Below are positions 36,791 to 49,863 of a stretch of 64,000 bases of DNA, piece by piece (within the stretch, counting starts at the first letter, position 1; every line of letters starts with the position of its first letter). Source of the DNA: Lama guanicoe (Eukaryota). The notes beneath the pieces are model-generated. The model did no database searches. It was not told the origin of the DNA and saw only the letters and a list, made by a program, of their open reading frames with translations. The stretch is from positions 8,754,077 through 8,818,076 of the forward strand of contig MU053652.1 in assembly GCA_013239625.1 (NCBI GenBank), given 5' to 3'. The translations under genes were made by a program, and so were the position numbers.

Positions 36791-39679
36791 AATACACAAG
36801 AATTCTCAGGGGCTCACTAGGAGTTCACAAAACTCAAATGCCACCGTCTGCCAGGCAAGCCAAACACGTATGTGACGTGATTAGGTGTAAGGTCATGACG
36901 AGTGGAATAGTCAGGATTAGTGGCAACAGGAGAGCACTTCTCCCTGGGAGAAGAAACTCAGAGTAGTTTTCCTGAAGCTGTGCTCTCAGGGCGTACCCGC
37001 AGGTCTGACTTGCCGGTGAGGTCACCGTGTTGCACCTCTTGGTTACAGGAATTACCCCTCACCGTTGTTACTTTGAATAATTGTCGAGGCTTTGCTGGTT
37101 GCCACATATGCAGAAATTGCATTTATTTATTAATGAGTAAGGGACCTTAGACAGTCACATATTTTGAAATTGATTTTACTTAAGAGAGTGAAAGGAACTA
37201 AATATTAATGCACTTTCTTTTTCTTTTTTTAAACCTCCTTCAGAGGTTCTTTTAAGATAATGAAGTCCCCATGGATGTACACTGCCGTTACTCTACCGTC
37301 TAATCAAATGATCCTTTTCATTGTCTCCTCTGTGGTTACCTGACATTAAGGTTCTAGAGGTATGGCCCTGCTAGTTATTGAATAACTAATTTGCAAACTC
37401 TCCATAGTAGAGTCTTGATGTAGGACATATTTTAGCATCAGTCTGATATTTATTCATCCTCTGAGAATTGTCTATAATCTTGGCACGGTGAATATCTTAA
37501 GTTTTAAGCCTGGTTTTTGTTGTAAATTATAGCAAAAGGCAAATCTGCAAAATGTCTTTTAGCCAAGCAAAGCTATTTGGCCTTTCTGTGTGGTTACTTT
37601 ACTAAAGTTGCATTTAGATGCAGTGTTGGGAGGTTTTTGTTGAAAGGGGCTTTTACATGCTAAAAGCTTTGAATATTCCTAGCTCAAGAAATTTACCTTG
37701 GTCTCCAAAAGCAAATGGCTTTGATTGTTTAAATGTAAGTGTAGGAAACAAAATGGCTTGTGTTAAAGTGCTCTGGAGTTAAGATAAAAATCAAAAACAT
37801 CCTTTTTAAAGAATTCAGGTACAATAAACAGAATTTAGATCCCCAAATGTTCAAATGCCTAAATCAGTAGCAAATTAGGTAACACACAGGGCTGGAGATG
37901 TGAATATTGTATAATGAGGATAATAAAGGAGTTGAATGTGATGTACCTCGAGTGCATGTTAGTAGCTAATTCCAATATGAATGCTTTGCAATCATTTGCC
38001 AGTTGAGATGCATGTGTTCAGCTAAATGGAAGTCTTGGACGTTCTCTCATACACCCCATTATTTGTAATTGAACACCTGATTTCTATCATGCAACAAATT
38101 AACATCTGCACTGGATCTGTCTTTTATGCATATGGATACACTGATTAGAATTTTACAGATAGGCAGATCCTTGAAAACAAAAAGACAACATTGTGAAACA
38201 CTTCCAGCCCTAATTTTTGATTACATATTGAGAATCGTTTAATTATCTTACTCCATTTAATTAGCCCTTCTACTTGGGTCAATTGCTTTTTTTATTAACA
38301 TGACATGTTAGCAATTTGTTAATTGGCATGAAATAACATGAGACTTTTTGTGGTATTTCGTATGAGAAAATATGTGCACTTAAAGAAGCCAAGGAAAATG
38401 CAAAGCGGTAAATGTATTCCTTCAGTCCCCCCATACAGCTTGTACCAGGGCCAGCATGTATGCCACCAAAGCATGTGCTCCTCCCCTTTGAGTTGATGTC
38501 CTTCTGTTAAGCAGAATGAGTTTATTTGAGCCATTTACAAAAATTTGAGACCATGGATCTATGTTTGAAATAGACAAGCCTTTTCTGACATTAAGAGAAT
38601 GATGGAAAGTGAAGAGATGGAGACACACACACATATAAATAAATGCTAATAAGTGGGAGGAAGATAGGCAGAAAGAGACATGCATGTAAGAAAATTATTC
38701 AGAAAAAGATTGTCAGTATCAAGCCTTTAAGCCACAGCCTCTTCACCAGTGTTTTATGTTATAAATAATTTTCATGGATCAGCATAACCCTTTCATGGCA
38801 TTGACTAATGCCCCTTAATTTATTGATTCCATGTATACCCAGTAACGTAAAAAATACAGTTCAGCTGCTAAGTTTTTAAATGAATCATAGTACTACAAAA
38901 TGATACACAGGTTTCTACAGAGTGTGCTACAAAGGTACTATGAATTACACCGAGGAAGAAAGATTTTCTTCCAAAGAATTCCTTTAGGACGGGGCACCAG
39001 GAGGGCACACTGGGGCAGCAAGTGTTTAGCCGGAGCCCGTTTAATCACCCTGCATTGTATTCGGTCATGTAAGTACGAATATTTTCTCCCTGAATCCTGA
39101 ATGAATGCTTTCTGCAGTCCCGTCACGACTTTGAGGGGCTCTGTGATGGTGAAAATGGAGAGCAGAGATTAACACTGGTTTCTCTGTGATTTCTGTATAT
39201 CCTACTTGATTCTAAATAGGTTTTTGTGATTGCTTCATGCCAGCAGAGAATTTAAGGGCCAAAAGAGATTTGGGGATGACTTTATAAATAGAACACTGAG
39301 GGCAAGAGCGGTGAGCCTTTCCAAAGTACTTGTGGGTATTCATTCACTTCACCTGTCCTGAGTGTATCCTGGGAAAAGCACCGGGTTGGGCATTCTGGCA
39401 AATACAAAGATACTTTCATTGACCCCCTCCTAGTGAGAATTGTTCCGTTTTCCTTTCTTGTTAGTAACATTTTCATCCACTTGGGGGCACTGTGATCAAA
39501 TTTAAGAAGAAAAGGAAAACTTAACTGTGGTTTATTTCAGTTAGAAAAATTGTTCATAATGTTACGATAAGGAATCCTTAACTAACTATATGCTTTTAGG
39601 TAAAATGCCTTTTGAGTATATCCTAGAGACGGCTGGGGTTTCTGTTCAAGTTTCAGAACAGGTATAAATTAACCAGCGA

Positions 39680-39852
39680 TTAACGTGTGTTGTTGGGACC
39701 AGGCGCACCTGCTTCACCTGAGAACCTGTTAGAAATGCAGATTCTCGGGCCCAATGGACTGGCTCAGAACTGCAGGGCCTGGGGTCCAGCAATGTGTGTT
39801 TTCTCAGGTTCTCTGTGTACAATCGCTTGCTAATAACATTTGAGAAGCACTG
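39680..39852. mobile_element. MER5A hAT-Charlie MITE
   Basis: cacctgagaacctgttagaaatgcagattctcgggccc...tttgagaagcactg. Confidence 0.82.
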
Positions 39853-40184
39853 AATTAGCACAAGTGAATTTTGACATACTTTTAAAATTTCTGCTCATTA
39901 CAATGATTAGATTCCAAATTAATTCATCGGATGTCCTTGAAATACTGTGGAAAAGCGTTACCTACATGAACAATGAGTCTAAAGGATTGAAATTATTTTG
40001 TCCATGATCATGCAGCTGGGTCCATATGAATCAGAACAGTTAGTTGATTAGTCATTTTCATCTCCCCCTCCAAAAGAAAAAAGATTTAATCATTTGTTTT
40101 ATGTTATGTAGATAAGTAGGCCAATTAATGGAATTTCTCAAATTTAACTCCTTGTGATGGTGACAAGACATGACCTCTATTTTT

Positions 40185-40365
40185 ACATAGCACAGTATTT
40201 CTTTACATCTTTACAGTATCTTTGTATTTATTATAAGACCTATTATATCTATTGGGTCATTTGACCCTCAGGATAATCCTTTAAGGCAATTAAGAAACTG
40301 ATCATCAACTCTGTTTATAGTTAGGAAAAACAGAAGCTCAACTGAGACCAGGTCCAGAATTCTTA
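40185..40365 (-). mobile_element. MIR fragment
   Basis: tcatttgaccctcaggataatcct...gttaggaaaaacagaagctca. Confidence 0.55.
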
Positions 40366-43300
40366 TCTAAGTGTTATATTAGTATGGGGACTGTGCTAAT
40401 TCTGTCTTAAAAAAGTTGTTAATTTTGTTCCTCTGTTCCTGAGGGTTAGTGGAATCTACTGGAAGAGACTATTTCTGTCCTTAAAAGAACACCTCCAAAC
40501 CCCTCATGTTCTAATCAGGAGGGAGGGTTTTCTGGAGATTCGGGGGACTGGACTGTGAGGTTGGGTCTGAGTTTTTGCTTCCTGGAGGGACAGTCTCCTG
40601 CCTTCCTACTGCGCTAGACCTGAGACACACCCTCCCTCCATCGCATTCTCTTTTCCGTGTCAGACACTTTCCTTCCTTGCTTCTCTTCGGTCAGTTAGAG
40701 TAGAACTTTTGAAAGTCTTTATGCTGAGGGTGAACACATAAAACACAAAAAAATATGTCACTACCAGTAAAGCTTGCCATCATTCTGTGAATTCTGACCT
40801 TTTCTCTACTGTCGTGCAACATGATGTGATCTGTTCAAAAAGCTGACCCGAGTTAGGTGGCACCTCATGAAAGTCCCCTGCTGTTTTGCTCTTAGTTTTT
40901 CCTCCAAATGAAGGCTCCTACCTTAACACCCAGCGCCAGGGAGTGGCCTCCTGTATAAGTAAGGAATCCCATTCACAACCAGTACAGGATCCCAGGAAAC
41001 AAGGAGCAGTCTTGATATTACAGTTCTGAGATCAATACCACCTTCTCCGTACGTAAGAGGTAAAATCTTACATGAAGATGTGTTTTTTAATGTATATAGA
41101 AGCTGGGACCTGTTTCCTCACAATTATCTACAGCTGTAAAGTGAACCTTGCGGCAAAGTCAGGAAGGATATGAATATTCAATGAGCATTGCTTGTTAAAA
41201 CTTAAAGATAATCTTTAATATAGTTTCTATAGTATTGAAAGTATCAGAAATGGGTTATAAATTGTATGTTTCTTATAGTTTGTAGGAATAGCTGTACCTA
41301 CCTAATAAAATTGTTGTATGAATATTAACTGAGATAAAGTATAAGCCTCAATGCCTGGAATTCAGAAAATCTCCAAAAATAAAGTGTAATCTGTTATAAA
41401 GTAAATGATGATGAAATGCATTGGGAATAGTTAATTGATTCGAAGATCCAGTATAGGATGTGTCCTGTAACAGAATATATTCTAATGTAATATTGTAGTC
41501 TGTCATTTTACTCACTTTTTTTGGTTTTGGTTTGACTTTGTTTTAGATTTCAGATTGATTAAACAGGTTAATTAACTTGAATGCTAGCAAAATATGTCTA
41601 ACCAGAAAACCTTTTAAATTTCAGATTTACTTTTTTAAATTCCCTTAATGTTTACTAAAATTATGTATTTCTCTTTACAGTACAGTTCATAAACACATTT
41701 TAATTTTATCTGATGATTTAACGATCATTTATTCACCTCTGATCATCTATCTGAGAATCTCTGACTTACAGGAACTCCCGTGGTAGTCTACCTTCACTTT
41801 TTATAATTCTGTCTTTTGTTAATGTTTATGGTGAGCGCATCTTCTGTCTTGAAATGCACAAATATTAAATCAATTATTACTAAAAAGCACCAACTCCAGG
41901 ATATGCCTTACACTCTCTGAAGTGAGGTTTTTTGGGGTCTGTTTTCCTCTAATTGTATAGAGAGGAAAGGAGGAGGCCTCTCATAAGTTGAAAATTGTTT
42001 GGATTCTAATCAATTACAGTTATAGCATTAGCTACCTAACAATCCATCATCTCACTGAAAAGCAGATATATATGTGCCAGCAACTGCATCACATCCCACA
42101 CCTGGAGATGTAATTATGATATGGACCTTCAAAAACGACTCCCATTTCTTTTGCTGGGAGGAAATAACATGCCTTCTTAATTGAAAATGAACAGACCTTA
42201 AATTTCTTTTCAATTCTCCTGCTTTCTAGATGGTACCACCCTACAGAGCTTTTTAGAGGGGAAAAAAAGCTTTTTAGAGGTCATTGTCTTCTGTGTACTG
42301 ATTTTTTTTTTTTTGCACTCCATTTTATTATGGCTGTGGTTGTGTTTTAAGAAAAACCCAGAGATCCCTTCAGAATGGTTTCAGTTCTTTTCTGTGACGT
42401 ATCTTGATATTCTACACATTCCTGTAACACATCTGGTCTTTATCTCTAGCTGTATGGCTAAATGGGAGAGAGCCTCTGCTTGTATTCATATTAAAATTAG
42501 GTATTGGTGTACTTTTAAAATAAATAGTAAAATGGTTACATAATCTCCTTTCCTTCATCCTTGTCTCTCTCTTCCACATCTGCTTTTACCTGTGAATGAA
42601 TAACTGTCAAATTAAGATGGGGAGGTTGAATTACTTTAACTAATGTAGATTTGTGTTGTTTTGCGGAAAAAAGGTGCTAATTTCCTGTACTGACACATGC
42701 TTTAAAACGCAAGAAAGAAAAGGACCAGATTTTGTTTCAATATTGCATTTGAGAGGGAAGTAACAAGTATCTTTGGAAACATTGTTAGAGTTTTTACCAG
42801 AATAGTAATATATTTCTCCAGTAGATGGCGCAAGCATCTCCTGCAAAAACAAAATATTTTTGTCTAGTAAGTGGAGAACTTGGTAATCAAAGGTGGCACT
42901 ATTTAAGTAGTATTAAGTAATCATCAAGACATTTTCTTTTAAAAAAAAAAAGTCAGAAGAAAATGTCAGAAGGTGAAGTATTAGTTCATTTTGGACATAT
43001 CAAACTTGTCAAGACATTTTATCAAATTAATATAGAAAAACTTTAATGTTTAGCAGTGTATGAATAACCAAAGAGATCACTAAGATCAGTTTTAACCAAA
43101 AATATCTGAGGCTTGAAATTCTGAATATGTTTTGTAAATGTCAAAGTTTTTTTTTTCCTATTAACTGTCCTGTTTTCATTTTTCTTGTATACTGCATTGA
43201 CAGGCAGAAGTATTGTGGTTATAGTTTAATAAGCAAATAAGTAAATAAGTGAAATTCTTAAGCTTTGAGTTAAAGGAGGAAGAGAAACATTTTACAGGCC

Positions 43301-43749
43301 TAACCCAGTGAATGCCACAGCCCTCAAATGACTATTGCTTTTATTTTGTTATTCATTCTCCTCCAAGTACATACGTGGATGTGAGAGAGAAGGTGAACAT
43401 CAAAGTATACTTTTCCATGGCAGTCTAGAGTTTCTTTAGCAGATTGATTAAGTAGCAATTTCTTAAGAACCTAAGGTATTCAGTAGCTAGGAAAACATAA
43501 TACAGGTATTCGATGGAAATATTACTTTTATCTGATGAATGAGAACTAGTTGTTTTGCTGTAATTTGTGTGATACCATAGTTACACTTCATTGTAGAAAA
43601 ATACATACTTCAGTTTTTGCACCATTTCTTTGAAATTTTTTTTTTCCTAAATGAACCAAGTTGAAAAATTCATTGTCATTCTCCCTAAGTTTCCCAAAGA
43701 GTCCTTTAAAAAAGTTGGATTGAAATATTTTTCAGTATGTGCTCCTGCT

Positions 43750-43930
43750 ATAATAATGATAGTGCCTTGATTTATAGTGTGCTTTATAATTTCAAAGGCC
43801 CCTTTATGTCTATCATTTAGCTAGACTTTTGTAAGGATGCTATCTGTCTGTTATAGTCAGGGCAAGCCTTGCTCTTTCTATCTTACAGATGAAGAATAGT
43901 GAAAGTCATCTCGGGCACATAGCAGTTAAC
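43750..43930 (-). mobile_element. MIR fragment
   Basis: tttatagtgtgctttataatttcaaag...tcttacagatgaagaa. Confidence 0.5.
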
Positions 43931-44964
43931 AGTTAAACAGGCTTAAGAGAATCATTCATTTTCTTTCTTTCTCTGTCTTTGTTCTCTCTCTGACCATTTT
44001 CGCTCTTGCATCTCCATTTTTTCTTGCACGCCTAATACTTGCTTCCATGTGGAGGGATATCCCTGACGGTAATATTCCTGGCTTCTCTCCACTCCTTTTT
44101 TGGGAACTCATCTCCTTAGCTGGTTTGAGAGCAAGAACTGGGCTTGCAGAGATCAACCCTTTCTGCTCCGTTTGTCTGTCCCTTGAACGTGAGTTCTCGT
44201 AGGGAACACCTGATCACTGCTTCTCCCTGCCTAAGTGTGTCAGGGGCAGGATCCCCACGTGGACAAGCTTATCGTGATGTGCACTGATGAGTGGGAGAAG
44301 TACGTCTACGGATAATAATACTGAACCTCGTAAGGAAGCCACTTCTTACAGAAATGAGCCGCATCCTTCCGTATTATCTTTATCGGTAATACGGTGACCT
44401 CTTAGCCTCTTGTTAGTAACTCTTTTGTCTTAAGCCGGTTGTTCAGGACTCAGGCAAAGAAAAGAGATTCTAAATTATTGGGCCTTCTCAGAGACTCCAA
44501 CAATGTTCAGGTAAGAGAAAGTTAAAATACATGTGTATTACTGGGCGTTAGAAATCTGGTGGCATTTTGAGGTCTTGAGACATGGAATATGTTCTATTCC
44601 ATTTTAACTAGAAGGCCTGTGGGATACAGTGACTTCAGGACCATTTTCAGCTGTGATTCAAGCTGCCTTGCCTGAAGCCCTGGGAGTCCCTTTCTCCAAT
44701 TCCTGCTTTCCGAGGAGCTGCTTCATTGTCCTTTACGCTCTCATCTCCCCCAGTAAGTTAAATATCAGGGTAACATTCTGCTGCCAAAGCTGTGTGAATG
44801 CTCTTCCTTAAATAATTATAAAAATACCCACTTTATGGAAAATCCAAAGTCTATCCAAGGCTTTTTCTTCTACCTGGATATGTAGTGTATAAATTTTTGC
44901 TAGAGATTTACTTTCTTCATTAGGTTCTTCTTATAATCGTTCCTCATGACAAAACAAGAAACAG

Positions 44965-45310
44965 CCATCTAGTCATTCCAAAACAATGTTTGTGGAGTAT
45001 CTGCTGTATAAAGTCACGTAGGAAGTCATGGTGCTGCGAGAGGGCGGTGAGTCGGACCTAGTGTGGTCCTTACCCTCACCGTGCTGTGTCGGAAGTAGAC
45101 ATTGGTCCAATATGCCACGCCATCCACCATGGCAGGGCTGTGGGAGAAATGTCCCCGTCTCCCTGCGTACCTGTAGGAAGGGAATATGACTTCATTAGGG
45201 AGGCCAGGGAGGGCTTCTCTGACAAAGTGACAGTTGAACTCTGAGGGACGGGAAGAAATTGGAAACACAAAAGGCAAGAACTTAAGTGAATTTAAATTGT
45301 TGGAAATGGG
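44965..45310 (-). mobile_element. LINE-2 3' fragment
   Basis: tcattccaaaacaatgtttgtggagtatctgctgt...cagggagggcttctctgacaaagtgacagttgaact. Confidence 0.7.
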
Positions 45311-46553
45311 TGGACTTGTAAGATGCGTGGGACAGATGGGGTAAGACAGACAACATGCAGACAATCAGAGGAGCAGAGAGAACTCAGAGTATTGGTACCG
45401 AGGAGTACTTAGTGTCCAAAAAATGCCAAGAAAAGTATCAAAGGATCTCGGCACAGGAATGTTCACAGATGTGAGGAAGCGTGGAACTGTCTATGACCAA
45501 GTAACAAGTAACGAGTCCAGAATTTAAGAACGGGGTACCACAGAAGGATTTGCAAGAACAAGAGCAAAGTTAGGCCCTTGCCTAGAGTATTGAGAGTCTT
45601 ATCAAAACAACCATTTAAGCACAGAGGAGCAGGGCAGGGACTGAGACACCGAGGCCAAGGTTCAACGTCAGAGCTGGTGGGATAGCCAGGGTATCTCACT
45701 GCTCAGTCCCTCAAGTCTTGATCCAGACTTGCAGTCCTCCTTGAAGACAGAGGAGATTGAGCACGAAGCATAGAAGTGAAATCAAGTCATGGTTTTGGTA
45801 GAAGAAGGCTATTGGGGAAGGGGATCTGGGAAGTGTGCCTGGCGTCAGGAGGAATCAAATACCTTTGTAAACAGCTCACTTAAAGCTAAGTTACTACAAA
45901 GATAGGGGCAGGCAGTTTGTTTTCTAAATTTCTAAATGTCCTCATTGACTAAGACCAGACATTGATGCTGTAGAAGGAGAGACCTTTCGAGAATCAACCA
46001 TAATCCGTGGCAATTATGATCCAAATTTTACAGAAAACATGTTTTTCCAAACAAGTGTTTATAGATTCCAAGTGAAACAGTGTTAGAAGTGAAGAGGGTG
46101 TTTTAATTATGCATAGGATAGCAGTTAATTCGAAACAGAGTGCAAAAACAAAATTATATAATTTTATTGCTTAAAGGCTCGTTAGCAGTAATCTAGTCCA
46201 GCTAATTCCCCAGAGTGAACGCTGGAGACCATGACCCCTACAAGCCCTTCCATGAGGGAGAGTCTGTAATTTTGAAGACACTCACGTTCTCCTCCACCTT
46301 TCCCCACAGCTCCATGTCTCGTTGTCCAGGTCTATTGCAGGCTCTTACTGGTCCTCACACACACAACGTTCAGCTTTGTTTAACTCACATTTCTCACGTT
46401 TATTTGCCTGCCAAACCCATCCTGTTTTTGTGTGATACTTCTTTGTACCCAGATGTCTTGAGACAACACTAAGTGGAAAACACTGAATCCCAAATAATCT
46501 CCTCGATAATTTTCTTTTTCGAGTGTGTACAGTTTATAAAATGAGCATTTTAT

Positions 46554-46683
46554 TTTTGAGGGAGGGGGAGGGGGAGGTAATTAGGGTTATTTATTTATTT
46601 TTTAGTGGAGGTACTGGGGATTGAACCTAGGACCTTCTGCATGCTAAGCAAGCGCTCTACCACTGAGCTACACTCAACCCCCA
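46554..46683 (-). mobile_element. vic-1 type SINE (3' unit of a dimer)
   Basis: ggaggtactggggattgaacctaggacc...gctctaccactgagctacac. Confidence 0.92.
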
Positions 46684-46696
46684 ATACAGTCAGTCT

Positions 46697-46837
46697 TTTG
46701 TGTGTGTGTGTGTGTGTGTGTGAGGGGAGGTAATTAGGTCTACTTACTTACTTATTTTAATGGAGGTACTGGGGATTGAACCCAGGACCTTGTGCATGCT
46801 AAGCATGTGCTCTACCCCTGAGCTATGCCCTACCCCC
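46697..46837 (-). mobile_element. vic-1 type SINE (5' unit of a dimer) with (CA)n tail
   Basis: (tg)n at ~46699-46722 followed by ggtaattagg...ggattgaacccaggacc...gagctatgccctacccc. Confidence 0.92.
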
Positions 46838-49725
46838 TAAAATGTGCATTTTATATACATATTTCACTTGAATGTATCTTAAATATGAAGAAGGTAGAAC
46901 AGACATATCCACTTACAAAAGAGGAAACTGAGGCCCAAAATATCTGTGTTAACTCAGCATTACCTATATTGTATATAATGTTTAAACATGTTTGCTCATT
47001 TTGCTTTGCTTTAGGCATAACATGCCCCAAAAGGGAAGGGATTTCCAGTTGTAAATAAGGTGTACTATGATACATGCAGAAAAGCCTTTGCTAAAACTTT
47101 TATTTCGTTATTACCAAACTATTTGCATTTTCAGGGAGAAGAAGGCTTACTGGGCTATATCACAAAAATATCTAGGATCACCCAAGTGAATTATTTCATG
47201 TTCATAGTTAGGTGCTCCTGAGTTTTTTTGCTCAGTGGTGCAGAACATCCTTCCCTTTGGAAGGTGTCACAGCATGACCTCTAACGAGTCAGGTCATCAC
47301 AGCCTCCAGCCTCCATCCTCCTCCTGGGGGACAGAGGCATAGGCCTGACCCCAAGCAAGTGTGCCTGGCTGGGGTAGGCTATGCCGTACTTTCTCAGGAC
47401 ATTTTTCCCTCTTATCCTCTTCTGGGACATTTTATAATCAACTTGGAAAGCTCACTAACTTTCTTTAACTTTAAACATAGCAGTGAAGTTTCTACCCATG
47501 CAGAAGTATTGCTGTGGTTTGGAGGACATTAAAACTAAGGAAAAACACAAAACCTTGCCTGCAAAATATACCTTCTGTAGCAGATCTTATTAGAATGAGA
47601 CCCTAACATATTTGTATAACTTTCTAAATATCAGCATTGATGAGATCGTGAACCATTAAAAACTATGTGTATTAGGGCACTTTTTCTGCTAATTGAGATA
47701 TGAAGGAGTGTTGATGATCAGTTATTAAAAATATAAAAAAATGCCTTTATAATAAAAGATTTCTTGGTACAGTGTGATTTAGTTTGATGGTTTCGCTTGT
47801 GTTTAGCTATTTAAAACTGCTTTTTTAGAACTACTTATATAATTCCCTGAGTTCAGTTTTGTTTCTAGGTGACAGTGCAGTGCCATTTATTTTAGAACCC
47901 CTGCCTTACGAGCAGTCGCCTGCAGCTCTGGATGCCTTACCTGAGGGTGGAGTGGGGCTTTGAGGTTTTCTCATCTTGGCAGTCTGCTTAGATTCATTTT
48001 CTAGATTGTGTGGTGGCAAGCCAGTTTTTGAAAGATAGCTTTTATACCTTAGACTGTTAGACTTAATCTGATAATGTTGATCTGAGCTCAGATTTAACTT
48101 CGATTTAACTGAGATGAAACCAGCAGAAGGTGGGACTTCTCAGGAAAAGGAGGGGAGGCAGTTTTTAACGTTCCTGATTCCACAAAACGTGATACAGAAA
48201 ACTGAAGAACTACATTTTACTCCTTTGTGTTTATAAGCCTCCTGTTTTGGGAGCTCACACACACATTTTAACTTCCTGCTCAGCAGTAGGAGTCCCTGGG
48301 TTTTCATCGTGCACCCTTTCTTTCAAAATGCTCTGTATCTTATTTGGGGGTGATGCTTTCCTTGCCGCCTCACCTCTTGTTGCCTTTCCCATAAGAATTT
48401 AGAAAATATAAAAGCCAACTGGACAGTATTCACGTCTGGGTTTCTTAATGCCCAGGTCACACATTGTTTTGAACCAGTTTCTTTTTCTCATCCCTCGCTG
48501 AAAACAAAACCAAAAAAAAAAAAATTAAAAAAGGCTTCATCTTGTGGGGTTAAATAAAGGAAAGAATGTAGTGAAAGAAGGAAGATTTCTTTTATGTGAA
48601 GGAAGAACGGAGCGTCGGAGCAGAGAACGCGCCAGGATGACTGAAAGTGCCTGAGGGCGTTTGGTCCCTATTGGTTTTCACATCAAATGCAGTGGTGCCC
48701 ACGGATAGCCTGTATTGTTGTCAGTTAAATGGGATCATGAGTGTCTGAAAGGTGTTTGAGAATGAACCGAAAATCATTTTCACAAGTGGATGATTACTTC
48801 TGCCACATGTTAACCGAACTCTATCAGAATGGCCCAGATTTTTGAGGCTGCATTAATTGCTCTTTCAACCTTGACTGAGGTTTCTCCTTAAGAAAGCCCT
48901 TCCCTGTACTAAACTACTCTATATATTGATTTTTTTTTCTTCCTGTATTCTTCCTTGAAAAATGAGGGCTTGTAGAAGAACAGGCTTTATCATTCAACAT
49001 GTAGATTGATTGTTGCATTTCTTTGAATAAAAAGATAGACTCATAAGTGATCCACTGAAAGTAATAGTCTTTTTTTTTTCCAAGCACCAAATAATTCCGG
49101 TATCCTGTATACAATTATGTTTTTCAAATATTCATTAGTGATGATTTTGCATCATAAAGTAAAACCATGAACTCCCACAGCATGGACTCCATGCAAATAA
49201 ATCGTCATATCCTCCTTTCCATTAGAACTGTGTGCCACCACTCTAATTGAAACTAAATGACAATATTTAGTAATATGTCTGGAGAATTTGTGTGTCTTGA
49301 AGTGTTCTTTGAACGGTCTTCAAGTTAGAAAGATTTTATAAAGTGCTTTTAAAGTGTTTGGATAAATCAGTTCTTTATTTCATATTGCCATTTTCAATTT
49401 CAAGTCAAACATAGAGAATATTAGCTCTTTCTTTACTATATTAGAATGATACAGTACATATTGCAGTTTAAGTATTGTGTTATGAAGATGAGTTGAATCT
49501 CAGTTTTTAAAGTGAATCAGAAAGTGAACTCTTAAAATTTCATTATCTTTTGTGATTATATTAGAAGATAATAATAGCATTTATAGGAAGTAGCTTAATT
49601 TATTAGTAAAACTAATTCCAGAGGTTTTTTGACTTAAGGGAAGGCAAGTCACAGAATGTTATGAATCTATTTTAAAAAATACTCAAAGGGGTGCTGTGTA
49701 AAAACAAGCATTTAAAATAATTTTA

Positions 49726-49863
49726 GGGGAAGGGTATAACTCAGGGGTAAAATACATGCCTAGCATGCACGAGGTCCTGGGTTCAATCCCCAGCCCCCTC
49801 TATTAAAATAAATAAGTAAACCTAATTACCTCCCCCCACAAAAAACAACAACAACAACAACAA
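49726..49863 (+). mobile_element. vic-1 type SINE with (AAC)n tail
   Basis: ggggaagggtataactcagggg...catgcctagcatgcacgaggtcctgggttcaatcccc...aaacctaattacctcccc. Confidence 0.92.

Noticed and set aside
48690..48712. REST/NRSE-like ccacggatagc
   Set aside because: Only the right half resembles the consensus; the left half TTCAGCAC is absent.
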